Positions 39,494 to 51,602 of a DNA stretch of 64,000 bases are shown here, piece after piece. Within the stretch, counting starts at the first letter, position 1. Every line of letters starts with the position of its first letter. The stretch is from positions 5,766,001 through 5,830,000 of the forward strand of contig JBHGNT010000014.1 in assembly GCA_043228905.1 (NCBI GenBank). Reading direction: 5' to 3'. The DNA comes from Azolla caroliniana (taxonomy: Eukaryota; Plantae; Polypodiophyta). The translations under genes and the position numbers were made by a program. Below the pieces are notes generated by a model. That model saw nothing but the letters and a program-made list of their open reading frames with translations. It did not search any database and was not told where the DNA came from.

Positions 39494-39735
39494 TTCAATT
39501 GATTATATTATTTTTTCACTCTCTCTTGATTCCTTCCCTTGTTTTCCCTTTCCCCTCTTTATATAAGTGTTGCCATGCATATGGTAATGTATGGGAGCAT
39601 GGCATGCATGCAATGCATGAGTTACATGTAATGCATGATCGCCATTTGGCGCACATGCATTGCATGTGATGAATGATGGCTATGTATGAAAATAGATATG
39701 GGATAAGTATAATGATGAAAATGCATTCTAAAATA

Positions 39736-39940
39736 ACTAACCTAGCTTAGTGGTGTATGCTTGGTGCTTGGTATACAAGGTTGAGGGTTCAAGTCCCTCA
39801 ATTTTACTTAATACAATATATAGCTTCATTCTTATATCATGAAGCACATTTATTACACACTTTTACAAATAAATAGCCTAGCCTAGTGGTATGTACATTG
39901 TACATCATATATAAGGATGTGGGTTCAAGTCTCTCAAATA
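39736..39940 (+). promoter_or_regulatory. Two tandem tRNA-derived A/B-box modules
   Basis: TAGCTTAGTGG..TTGAGGGTTCAAGTCCCTCAA and TAGCCTAGTGG..GGTTCAAGTCT, ~136-bp period. Confidence 0.65.
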
Positions 39941-42900
39941 TTATTAAATACAACATTTAAGCTCATTTTTATATCGTGAAGCACATTCTTCACGACAGCG
40001 TGTTCAATTCCGGCGTCTTCGACACCGTAAATTCGAGTCGGATTCCCTTCGACTGGCAGTACTCTTCGAACTACCCCCAGTATTCTCCTCTGTTGTCCAC
40101 TTGAATCGCCTTCAATTTCCAACCGGTTTCCCTTTCCACTCTCGCGTGGAGTTCCTTAAAGACGGATAACACCTGATCCTCTATCTTCAGTGGTGAAACC
40201 CACAGCTTTCGACTGTGGTCGTCTATGAAGTACTACGATCCGGCATGTGACTTCGTGTCCACTTGACACACATCGGTATGCACCAGCTCCAGTGGTGCAT
40301 TCCGTCTCATCGGTGGTCTTGACCGGAAGGAGGTTCGGTTTTGCTTTCCGGCCAAGAAATCAGTGCACTTCTCAAGTTACAGGTCCTTCACCGGAATGAG
40401 ATTGTCTTCTACAAGTCTCTTCATCCCCTTCTGACTCATGTGACACAACCTCTTGTGCCACAGCTCACCGGCAGTGTCAAATGCTACATTCATTTCTTCC
40501 TGGCATATCCGGCCCTACATAATGTACAATGTATTGATCTTCCGAGCTCGAGCCACAATCAAGCTTCCCTTGCTGAACTTCATGACTCCGTTTCGAATGC
40601 TACCTATGTAGCCTTCATCATCTAGCCGACCGGCTGATATCAGGTTCAACCGAACCTCCGGAACATGTCATACATTCTTCAACAACAATTTGCATCTAGT
40701 TGATGTCGTCAACAACACATCTCCTATGCCAACAATTCAACATGCACCTTCATTCCCCATCCAGACACACCCATGATTTCTGGCTATGTAGGATGAGAAG
40801 CATTTCCGGTCTGCTGTCAGATGGAACGATGCTCTGGAATCGACAACCCACGTTGTCTCGTCACCGACAAGGTTTAACTCATTCTCCTCAGTAATGAGCC
40901 TTAGTTCTTCTTCACTTGTCGCGATCATCGACACTCCTTTCTGATCCGAACCTCTTCGGTCCAAACTCTTCTTCGAATCAGTATTGTCGACCCCTTTCTC
41001 TTTCCGGAAATGTTGACAATTCTTCTAGAAGTGCCCTGGCTTCCCACAGTAGAAGTAACTAGGCCTCCCCCTTGACTTTGGCCTTGTCCCCGATTTGTCC
41101 CAATTTCGGCCTCTTCCCCGATTATGGTCATCTTCCGTGACCAAGGCCTTTGGATCGGTTCCGGACTCCTGGTCCTTATTGCGAGCTTCTTCATCTACCA
41201 AGCTTGATTCTACCCTTGCTAGGGACAATTGCTTTCCTTCCGGCCTAGCATTGCCCAAAGTGACAACTAGTGTTTCCCAACTATCCGGGAGGGACCAAGC
41301 AGGAGCAATGCAAGTACCTCGTCGACTAGAGGTACTTCGAGCAAAGTTGTTTGGTTTATGAGCCCCTAAAATGCGTTCATGTGCTCCGCTATGCTGGATC
41401 CGTCCTGGTACCAGAGTCTCACTAACTTCTAAAATATCGAAACCCGATTTACAACGTTTTTACTCTCTAACATAGTGTCGATTTTCTCCTAGAGCACATG
41501 AGCTTTACTTTCTTCATTGAAGTTGTTATATAGGCTTATGTCGATAAAGCACTGGATGTATGTCGTTTTCTTCATGTGCATCACCTCCCATGTCGTGGCA
41601 TCGATCTTGTTCGGTTTCTTGTCCCCGAACTATACCGACAACCAGAGATCTTTGACCACGAGCATGTCCCTCATCTTCGACTTCCACACTAGGTAGTTGC
41701 AGCCAGTGAGCTTGAACATGCCACCGAATGATTCTTCCATTTCCTTTGTTCGCTCTGATACCAGTTTGTACGGAAATAACGTTGGGTCACAACTGAGTCT
41801 TCAACATGAAATAGAAGAGAACAAACTAAAACCGAGATGACACAGGATGTTTACGTGGAAACCCCTAAACACGAAAAACCACAGGAGCCCACGGACTCCA
41901 ACTGTCACTATGAGAGGAGGAATACAAAGTGACACTCAGAGGCAACAACCTCGAGCTCTATGTCTTTGCCAATGGCGGTTACAAACAGAAAACTAGTTCT
42001 ATATATCTCTCTCTCTCACTTACTCTTTGTATACGACAATATATAACATCTAACAATAAGCACCTCTATCATAAAGTGATTGCCCTAAGTCATATTTATA
42101 CTTATATGACTTTAGGGATATTTACAAATATAGCCCCGATGGGCTCACCATGAAACATATTTACACATATGTCCTTGGATTCGGTTTGCACCGGATCCAT
42201 CCGAATTCACTCGATCCGGTTTCCTGGTCTCATCTGGAGCCCTTCTAGATCCGGTTCCTTCATCCGGCTCATCTGATCCGACTCCTCTGGTTCTCATTCG
42301 GATCCCATCCGAAGGGACCGAATTCCCAACATTTAGGACTATTTACAAATGTGGGCATGATATGCACAGTAGAAACATATTTTCAAATATGTTCCTAGAT
42401 CCGGTTCCACCCGGATCCAACCGGATCTGTCTGATCCGTCTGATCCGGATCCCATCCAGATGGACCGAATTCCCAACAAGCTCCCCCTTCACTCAAGCAT
42501 GGGATGTCTTGCCAATACAATCCGTCTCCTGCACGCGTCCAACTTGTCGGCTAACAACACCTTGGTCAGCATGTCCTACCCGTTCTCCTCTATTCTCCTC
42601 ATCGGCTAACCACTCTCTCACGAAGCAAGTGGTATCTATGTTGGATGTGCTTTGCCCTAGAGTTATAGGCCACGTTCTTTGCGAGGTGGATGGCACTTTA
42701 ACTGTAGTAGTAGACCTCGTGTCAGATCCCTAGCTCTCTGATGAACTCCTTCATCCATATTACGTCTTTACCAGCTTCTATAGCCACCATGTACTCTGCT
42801 TCCATTGTCGATAGTGCAACAGACTTCTGCAGCCTCGGTTGCCACAATACAGCCCCCCCTGCATATGTCATAACATATCCGAAAGTTGACCGGCTGGTAT

Positions 42901-43950
42901 CCGCAGTAGTCACCATATCCGAATCCATAAATCCTTCATGTTGGGGTCTCCCTGAGCCGAATCGGAGGCACATACTCGAGGTGCCTTTCAAGTACCGGAG
43001 TATCCACTTGACCACGTTCCAGTGTTCTCTTCTCGAATTGCCCAAGAACCAAATGATCACTCTGACAACAGATCCAATATCCGGCCGGGTACACACCATT
43101 GTGTACATCAAGCATCCGACGGCCGAGGCGTATGGTATCTTCATCATCTCCGACTTCTTTGCCCTTGTCTTCAGGCTCTGCTTCCCAGTGTCATGATGTG
43201 ACATGCTCGAGAGTTGGAAAAACCGGCGAAAGGGGGGGGGGCAAAATGTGTATGTGCAATGTGTGTGCACACAAAAGCGATTAATTGCGCACATGAAAAA
43301 GAAAAGGGAAAAGAAAGGGTGGAAAGGATGCATAGAAGCCCTTGTAAAAGTAAGAGAGAGGAGAGATAAAAAGTAGAGGGGAGATAGGCAAAGAATTTAT
43401 AGAGATAGAATCATATATTATATAACACAAAGTTAATGGGCTAGTGGATAGTCACATTGACTTCTAGATAGAGGTGCACAGTTAAATCTAGTCTTACAGT
43501 GCAGTGTGATTTAAGGAATTTTATTCCTTTTTGCATTAAAGACAAAATTGGCGACCCCCCTTCCTTTTTTCCGATAAAAGGAGGTCGAGGGGGCTCATTC
43601 GGGAGGATGTTTTGGGAGGAGGAGACTATCGCCATTTTATCTTCGGAGCTCTTCATCTTCTTATTCACCACTTCTCTTCATCTCTTTATACCCCTTCATC
43701 CCCTCATTCCCACATGCTTGTCTTCTTTGTGTTTGGCACTCGAAGTGCTCATGAGCCCAAGCTTCGTTGGTTCGACGTTGCGAGCCCCGTTTGTCGTTGC
43801 GAGCCCGTGTGCTCGCCGTTCGGGTGGTCGTGGTTCGTTGGGATTGCCATTTTGGTGGTGCTTGTGTGTTCATCTTCGCCGTGTTCGGATTTTCTCTTGT
43901 CTCTAAGGGCATTTAGTATTTATGTTTTGATTGAGGTTGTGGTTAACTAT

Positions 43951-46900
43951 TGTAAAAAATAACGTGCAGAAACAAGTATGAAGACCGAACAGAAGGAAGA
44001 AAACTCAGGTTTAATGGAGAGCTTGAGCTTACGCAGTGTACGCGGGAGAGACAGAGAGAGTGAGAGAGAGCACAAGAACTATATTCAAAACCGAATACTC
44101 AATCTCTACTCACCACACTCTATACATATGTGTGTTCAATGAACACTTTTATACAAGTCCTAGAAGGACTGACAGAAGTACTAACATTACTTCAATGCTC
44201 ATTAAGAGCTCCTACACTAACTCCCAAATATATTCCTCACGGAATATCTTTCCTAACGGCCTCCCGGTTTACGCACCGATCCGGCCCTACCTACGCACCG
44301 GTCTGTGTTCCAGTTTACGCATTCGGCCTAACCGATCGGTCCCAACCGATCCGGTCCTCGGCTTCTTCAGCCGATCCGGCCGATGTTGAGCTTGTCTCTC
44401 AACACTCCCCCTCAAGCTCAACTTGAGGCTCTTCGGGATCTTTGGGCTCACACCTCCGGTTCCTCCTGGCTTCACGCCTCGCTCGCGCTCCACGACCTGT
44501 TCGACTCTGCCCGCTTTGACCCTTCATGTGGCCCTTATCAGCTCTTCTGCTGTTGCGGTGTTGACGCTTCTCCTGCTGCCTTTTCTTCCGCTTGGGCCTC
44601 GGTTGATTCAGCGTATCTGAAACAAACATCCGAACCGACTCGGCTACCTCCAATCAGTTTTCGCTCTCATCCGAGTTGGCTGTCTCCAACTTGTCTTCGG
44701 TCTTCTCGCCCTCGATGGCGTCATCTCTCCTTCGGCTGCTCCGCTTCTGTCCGCTTCCGGACTTTTCCGCGGGTCTGCCCTTGGCTTCTTCAGCCGATTC
44801 GAAGTCGAACTCGACAACCCAGTCAATCGACTCGGTGTCGCGGTCTCCGCTCCTTTCCTGCTGCCTTGCTTGGTCGTTCGGGACTGTTCTCCCCCTCAAG
44901 TTTGGCACGTCGAGGTGACGCAATACGAGCGCACCTGAGAATTGCCGCAACTTGTCAAGACCAAGAGGCTTGGTGAAGATGTCGGCAGTCTGCCGATCCG
45001 TTGAAACATACTGAAGTTCGACTTCACCAGAAAGGACACACTCACGGATGAAATGGTAGTGCACCTCAATGTGCTTGGTCCTTGCGTGGAAAACGGGGTT
45101 TTTCGCGAGCTGGACGCTGCTGAGATTCTCGCAGCAGATCATCGTCAGATCTGACACCTCCTCTTGCAGGTCCTTAAGTAGCCGCTTCAACCATATGGCT
45201 TCGCATGTCGCGACAGCCGCTCCTCGGTACTCAGCTTCGGTGCTCGACAGTGCAACTGTCGGCTGCTTCTTACTGCTCCACGAGATCGCGGCACTCCCGA
45301 GGGAGAACGCGTATCTGGACGTGGATCGGCGATCGGAGGCGTTGCCAGCCCAATCAGCATCGGTGTAGCCGACTGACTACACGGCTGCACTGGTCCGATA
45401 TAGCAGTCCCCGGTCCTTAGTGCTGTTGACATACCGAAGTATGTGTTGCGCACACTGAAGGTGCTCCTCGGTAGGTCGTGCCATGAACTGACTGATCACT
45501 GCGACCGGATAATTGAGGTCGGGTTGGGTGATGATCAAGTATATGAGGCTTCCAACAATTTGTCGGAACCTCGTCGGGTCCCATACCTTTCCCGTATCGG
45601 GACAAAGCTTGACGGTTTTGTCCAGAGGAGTCGAGATGGACTTAATCGGCCATCCCGAATTTGAAGAGCATACTCAGCACGTAATGACGTTGGCTGATCA
45701 ATATGCCTTCGGGGGTACGGATCACTTTGATCCCGAGGAAGTAATGAAGGTCCCCCAAATCCTTCATGTCGAACGATGCCGCAAGCTGGAGCTTCACGCG
45801 GTCGATTTCACCTAGGTCGGCGCCGGTGATGACCAAGTCATCAACATATAGTAAAATACTAACCGGTCCGAGTCGACCTTTCCGGATGAAAAGGGAAGAG
45901 TTCGATTTTGACGTGACGAAGCCCATCCGACGCAGTTGTTGCGTGATCTTCGCATTCCTGGCACGCGGGGCTTGCTTCAGTCCGTAAAGGGACTTCTTCA
46001 GTCGGCATACTGCCGAGGAGTTCGTTCCGGAGTGAAATCCGGGGGGCTGTACCATGTACACCTGTTCCTCAAGGTCACCTTGCAGGAACGCATTCTTTAC
46101 ATCCATCTGAAGTAAGTGCCACCCTTTCACCGCAGCTATTGCGAGCAATACACGGACGGTCGTCATTTTCGCAACCGGTGCAAACGTCTCATTGTAGTCG
46201 ATGTCGTGTTTCTGCGCGTAGCCCTTTGCCACTAGCCGAGCCTTGTACAGGTTGACCGAGCCATTGGTGTTGTACTTGAACTTGTACACCCACCTACACC
46301 CGATCAGTTTTACCCCACTTGGTGCGTCAACCAGGTCCCAGGTCTCGTTCTCCGCCAATGCGTGCATCTCTTCCTCCATAGCTTCTGCGTAGCTCTCTGG
46401 CTCACACACTTCCGTTACACGGGTCATGTACGCATAATGATGCACCATGTACTCGTTCTATCCGAACCGCAAAACAGGATTCTTTTGGCGGGTAGATCGG
46501 CGTAATCTCACATTAGCCGATGTCGAGGCCTTCTCGGTTGACGCGGACTTCACCTTTAAAGACTCGTCACTGGTTCCCTCGGAGTCAGACTCGCGTTGGT
46601 CTGACTCGTTCCCATCCGTGCCGGAATCCGACACCTTCTTCTTCCCTTTCTCTTTGCGCGTAAGCCATCTCCTCGGCTTCCTACGCGGGAAATGCACGGC
46701 CGAGTCTCCACTACTTGCCAACTCTTCATTGGACTGATCGTACCGACTCAGTCGTCCAATCGGTCCACTTAAACGGACTGAAATCGAACTCTCTTCACGG
46801 GTCTCGATTTCGGGCTCATCCGGAGGCATCTCAGCCTCGCTGACCTCATCGTCAGAGCTCGGATTGGAGTTGGGGAGTCAGGGGCTGGTACCAGGACGCG

Positions 46901-47277
46901 GCTAACACGCGCTTGTTTGATGCGAGGGTTATAGCACTTATAACCCTTCTGCTCGTCCGAGTAACCGACCAAGATGCATTTCTCGGCCTTTGCGTCCAAC
47001 TTCCTCCTTTTCTCCTTCGGTACATGCACATGCGCAATGCTACCGAACACCCTCAAGTGTCGCAAGTTCGGCTTCGTTCCGAAATATAGCTCGTGCGCTG
47101 ACACTTTGTCTCCGATCCGGTTCTGGATGTATACCGCGGTCCTTACCGCCTCGGCCCAGTAGAACTTGGGCAAGCTCTTCTCCTCCAGCACTGCCCGTGC
47201 CGCTTCCACAACTGACCGATTCTTCCTCTCGGCCACGCCGTTCTGCTCCGGCGTGTATCTACAACTGAATTTGCGCC
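43951..47277 (-). mobile_element. Copia element N, 3' half (INT-RT-RH, PPT, 3' LTR 43951-44404)
   Basis: YTPEQNGVAERKNR; KARLVAKGY; LYVDDLV; [13 protein letters not shown]; LTR start TGTTGAGAG shared with I and K. Confidence 0.9.
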
Positions 47278-47939
47278 AACCTTTGGGTCGGCGCATCCGA
47301 TTTCTTGTGGGAAGAATGCGAAAGCCTTCCCATGTCTCTCAAGCATATCGCGAAACATTCGCTCCTCTTCAGGGAGAAGGAAATCCTCCTTTCCAACTCG
47401 TAGCTTCCCCTTCGTCTCTTTAGTGAATTCATGACCTATCTTCTTCGGATCTCTTAAGATTGGATTGTTAGCGACTTCCTTCATCTTTTGCCAGCTATCT
47501 TCCGGTAGCGGAACCGCAACTGGTTTGATCTTCTTATCCACTGTTTTATATTTCGTGTTGATGTCAGCTTCATTCATCGAGATGCCACGACGGTATTCAT
47601 CGATGATAGTGTACATGTTGACGGAGTTAACCGAAATCACACGTTGGTTGTGAAGATAGCTCAAGTCCACGACGTCCTCGATTTCGCCGATGGTGTCGTT
47701 AAATGAGGCTTCTTCCATAATATGAGTCACGAACTCTCCTTCTTCTATTATGTTCTCTTCTTTCAGCATCTTCTCGAATTCTTGTATCCGGCGCTTGTGC
47801 TTCTTGTCGGGTAGTACTAGTTTACATGCGCCACTAGGTGTGACACATGTTGCTTCTCCTTGCAATGCACGCGCTCTTCTTTCTTGTGGGGTCTTGTGAT
47901 TGCTCGGACTATTTGTGCCCCATGCTTCAATAGTCCGCT

Positions 47940-50135
47940 CTAAAAATCCGAGGATTCGCCTCCGAGACTATCTCGATTCCTTTCATGATTGGCTCGCACT
48001 GTTAGGAATTGGACCGATCTTTGGTTGTCAAGACTCTTTATTCGTGCGAAGGCTACTCCATTATCGAACACTTTGGTCTCCATCCGAGATGATGTGATAT
48101 AAGGTTGCCCTAGGATGACAGGATGCGACGCCGATTCTTGTACGAAGAAGTGTTGATCCATCTCCACATCCCCGATCGTGACTTTGACATTGGGACAAGC
48201 TCCGTACAAGTCCTCCGTAGACTTTGTTGCCGCGCGAATCTTCCATCCGTGGTTTGTATTGATTGGCCATCTTCCCTTTTTGTAGAAGTCGGTTGACATG
48301 AGGTTGATCTCCGAGCCGTGGTCGATCAAGGCTACCACGGTCTCTTTCTTCTCCCCGATCTTCACCGGCGTCTCCGTTGTCGCTCGTGCCCAATGAGGTC
48401 GAGTGTAGTGGCTGTCCACCATATCTTCATCGATTTCGTCTCTTGCCATCGTTATGGCATTTGTTTTTGCTTTCTGCGGCTTCTCTTCTTCCTCGTCCGA
48501 TTGTTGTCTCTTTCTCTTTACAAGGTCCACGATCGTGTCATGGAACTCCTTCTTCGTAATGCCAAGCAATTCCCTCAAGGACAAAGTTACATGGCTATCA
48601 AGAACTCGTTCTTCAAGAATCTTTTTTAGGTCCGTTGTCTGCTCTATGTCCGACCTTAGCTTATAGGTAGGTATGGTCCTTGTCCTCCGAGCGGGGTCTT
48701 CAACACCAACCTTCACGGGCTGAACCGTTTCTTCAACTCGTATGCTCGGCTCCCCTTTTCGGCTTGACTCTCGTTCCTCCGTTTGTAAAGGTCGACTCGT
48801 CTCCGCATCGTCCTTTTTCGCGTTCCTTGTTTCATGTCTTTTTGATGGGCCTTGCTCTTCTATTCTATTTCTCTTTTCTTCGACGAACACCTCGTGGTTG
48901 TCGCACATCACCTCTGCGAGTATGGTGTTGTCGTCCACCGGATCCGACCACCCGGTTATGCTTTGCACGTTTCGGTCCGCAAGCTCTACCTCGTTCGATG
49001 TGACTTTTCCCTTCTTCTCATATTCGAGAACGGAAGTCCAAAACTTTGCTCCCGCTCTAGTAGCTTCAGTCTTGTCTTTCCCGACTCTTATTCCGGCCGA
49101 CGCAGCATAGTGCATCGCATCCACATGAGTCGCATCGGCATCCTCCATAGATCTCTTCATTCCTCCTCTTCCGAAATTCACCCGTAGGGGTCTTCTAGTC
49201 TCGCTTGAGCAGATCATGTTGTCCTCTATGTATACGATATTTTGTCGAATCGCCTCTCGAAGGCTCGCACAATCCCTTCTCATGTGGTCCATGCTATCGC
49301 ACCACACGCATCTAAAGGGTTCTTTTCCTTTAGGGCCCCGAAGATTCATGTTGGCTAGCGTGACCTTCTCGAACTTCTTCGCTAGCTCTTCAATGATGTC
49401 GTCATCAATCTTCTTTTCTTCCACGTTACTTTGTCTCGGCGGCTCAGCTACTTTCGGCGGTCTTGCTTTCTCCGTGATAGTCGGTCCCGTCAAGTCGGTG
49501 TCATCAACCCATTGGCGACGCTTGTCGAGCCTATTGCATGCCCGCTTCACCGCGATCCAGTCCGCTACGAGCCCATTTGCTTGGGTATCATCTTCGAGAA
49601 GAGTCCCCAACTCCTGTCTATCCTTTATGTCCACGGCCTTCAAGAAGTACAAAGTCTTGTCCTCTTCAAGCAACAGTTGGTCCGTATTGGGGAGACGACT
49701 AAACATCTGGTCGAATTCGTCGTACACCCTCGAGACGCTCATCTTCTTTTTCTTCTTCTCTATCCACTTTATCAGGGCATGTCGAGTCATCCTCGTTGAG
49801 TCTTCAGTCACGAACTCCGCTAGTATCGTTTTCTCGAACTCGGACCATGTTGTCTTTCCTTCTTGAAGCTCGATGACGCGTCTTTGGATGTTGTTGGCGA
49901 CAACTCTCTTGAAGCTTGCGATTTGACGTGCCTCGGACACGTCCCTTTGATTCATCTCCCTCTTATATGCATCAAGGAACTTCGTAACGTACCTTCCATC
50001 GAATTGGCCCTCGAGCTCTACGACACGATCGACAGCCTTCTCCACGCTCACGTCGTTGTCCCGAGATCTCATCATTTGCTCGACGATTAGCATCATCCTT
50101 TCGAGCTCTCCTGCTCGGTTGCTTGAGGACGCCAT
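47940..50135 (-). CDS. gag: Intact Gag-protease polyprotein of E (731 aa from the first ATG)
   Basis: Uninterrupted ORF; CVWCDSMDHMRRDC; HWARATTETPV; ALIDHGSEINLM; ends SSDF*. Confidence 0.9.
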   Translation of the reverse strand: MASSSNRAGELERMMLIVEQMMRSRDNDVSVEKAVDRVVELEGQFDGRYVTKFLDAYKREMNQRDVSEARQIASFKRVVANNIQRRVIELQEGKTTWSEFEKTILAEFVTEDSTRMTRHALIKWIEKKKKKMSVSRVYDEFDQMFSRLPNTDQLLLEEDKTLYFLKAVDIKDRQELGTLLEDDTQANGLVADWIAVKRACNRLDKRRQWVDDTDLTGPTITEKARPPKVAEPPRQSNVEEKKIDDDIIEELAKKFEKVTLANMNLRGPKGKEPFRCVWCDSMDHMRRDCASLREAIRQNIVYIEDNMICSSETRRPLRVNFGRGGMKRSMEDADATHVDAMHYAASAGIRVGKDKTEATRAGAKFWTSVLEYEKKGKVTSNEVELADRNVQSITGWSDPVDDNTILAEVMCDNHEVFVEEKRNRIEEQGPSKRHETRNAKKDDAETSRPLQTEERESSRKGEPSIRVEETVQPVKVGVEDPARRTRTIPTYKLRSDIEQTTDLKKILEERVLDSHVTLSLRELLGITKKEFHDTIVDLVKRKRQQSDEEEEKPQKAKTNAITMARDEIDEDMVDSHYTRPHWARATTETPVKIGEKKETVVALIDHGSEINLMSTDFYKKGRWPINTNHGWKIRAATKSTEDLYGACPNVKVTIGDVEMDQHFFVQESASHPVILGQPYITSSRMETKVFDNGVAFARIKSLDNQRSVQFLTVRANHERNRDSLGGESSDF

Positions 50136-50593
50136 CTCCAAGTATTAATCTCGACTCGATCCTTCCTACCGCCTCTTTCACGTCGGGTTCACCACTTGAT
50201 GTCGCGAAGATTCGTCACTACGCGCGGATCGTGAGGCGGAACCGCCGGGGTTCTGGACCAGAAGGATTTAGAGTCGATACAAGCTTTGGCGAGAAAGTAC
50301 TTAAGATAGATTGGGAAAGAGAGAAGATGAGATTACACGATTGATTTGATAACGAATTTCTTCTTCTTAATTTTCATAAAAAAAAACCGTCTTTTTCTCC
50401 TCCCCCTTCCCTCTTTTATAGATGCTCTCATGCATATGATGCATGTGAGGGTACAAGACATGCATAAATTGCATGTTTGCCATTTGGCGCTTAAGTATTA
50501 CATGTGGTGCATGCTAACCATGTCACTCATTTTAGCACTCATGGATGAGAATTTACATGTAAAAGTACAATGATAGAAATATAATTTTAATTA

Positions 50594-50666
50594 AATACTA
50601 TGGCTTAATGGTAAGCCATTTGACTCCTAACTTGGAGGTGCAAGGTTCGAATCCATACTTGCCCTC
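50594..50666 (+). promoter_or_regulatory. tRNA-derived module in LTR E (Arg-CCU-like loop)
   Basis: TGGCTTAATGGTAAGCCA D-arm; CTCCTAA loop; canonical B box GGTTCGAATCC. Confidence 0.7.
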
Positions 50667-50904
50667 CTTGTATATGTAAATATGTATATATTTTTATATA
50701 TTTATTTTATCTAGTCAGTCGTCGGATACCGGTGCCGCTGCCGGATGCCGACGCCGCCACCGGATGCCGCCACCGCCGCCAGATATCGGTGCCGCCGCCG
50801 GTGCCGGATACCGGTCGGATGTCGTCGGATCACCAGCTCCATCGCCGGTCCGGTTTTGTAAGTTTTATGGGATTTTCACACTATTGCCGAAAATCTTCAC
50901 GACA

Positions 50905-51280
50905 GCGTTTCGGGCGTGCCCATGCACCTCTCCTTCTCATAAAGACGTACGAGCATTTTGTGTGTGTGTTTGTGTCTTCCTTGTACGTTCGGCCGTCTTG
51001 TGACGAGGGAGCGTTTCGGGCGTGCCCATGCACCTCTCCTCCTCATAAAGACGTACGAGCATTTGTGCATGTGTTTGTGAATTCCTTGTATGTTCGGTCG
51101 TCTTTTGATGACGGAGCATTCGGGCTTGCCCATGCACCTCTCCTCCTCATAAAGGCGTACGAGCATTTGTGCGTGTGTTTTGTGTCTTCCTCGTACGTTC
51201 AATGTCTTGTGACGAGGTAGTGTTCGGGTGTGCCCATGCACCTCTCCTCCTCATAAAGACGTATGGGCATTTGTGTTTGT
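50905..51280 (+). repeat. Four remaining ~105-bp units of the F LTR array
   Basis: CCCATGCACCTCTCC cores at ~50918, 51025, 51128, 51233. Confidence 0.9.
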
Positions 51281-51602
51281 GTTATTTTCCGCTTTAGCAT
51301 TCATCTTGCATACTCATCTTTGCTTGTACCCGTTTGATCACTTGGCTCGTGCGGTGATCTTGAAAGGTCGACAAGTCCTGATCAACGAAAGCCACCGGCC
51401 TCACAAAACAAAGGGCAAAGAGTCCTTGTTCGGGAAGGGGTCAGGAAGTAGTATTGTGATAAAGCAAACCTCGTGTCTTCTCCATCCCTTGAGGACTCCC
51501 TAGTCCAAGACCCCCGTGGTCCCGCCCAAGTAACACACTCGCGGAAACCTCGGGATATAAATTGGTGAACCCGTCGTGAAAGGGCGGCAAGGGAGAACCA
51601 AG

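Larger units (their letters stand above)
39124..39997 (-). mobile_element. Solo LTR (TGTCG...CGACA type) in L integrase, with three tRNA-like modules
   Basis: TSD GCGT on both sides; the L integrase frame resumes across it. Confidence 0.88.
36475..42331 (-). mobile_element. Copia element L, full-length degenerate (Tork/TAR-like); LTRs 36475-36980 and 41767-42331
   Basis: TSD TTTAG; PBS TGGTATCAGAGC (iMet) 41752-41763; PPT; gag ATG 41740; inserted in the LTR of related M. Confidence 0.93.
47278..50904 (-). mobile_element. Element E, 5' half: LTR 50200-50904, Trp PBS, gag-PR, start of pol
   Basis: LTR TGTCGTGAAG..TTCGCGACA; flank GCGT inside the F array; truncated by fusion to N. Confidence 0.88.

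Noticed and set aside
47143-47865. In-frame gypsy-copia fusion protein
   Set aside because: After the junction the gypsy frame reads copia INT out of frame
50594-50666. Functional tRNA genes in LTRs
   Set aside because: Acceptor and anticodon stems do not pair; only boxes and arms remain
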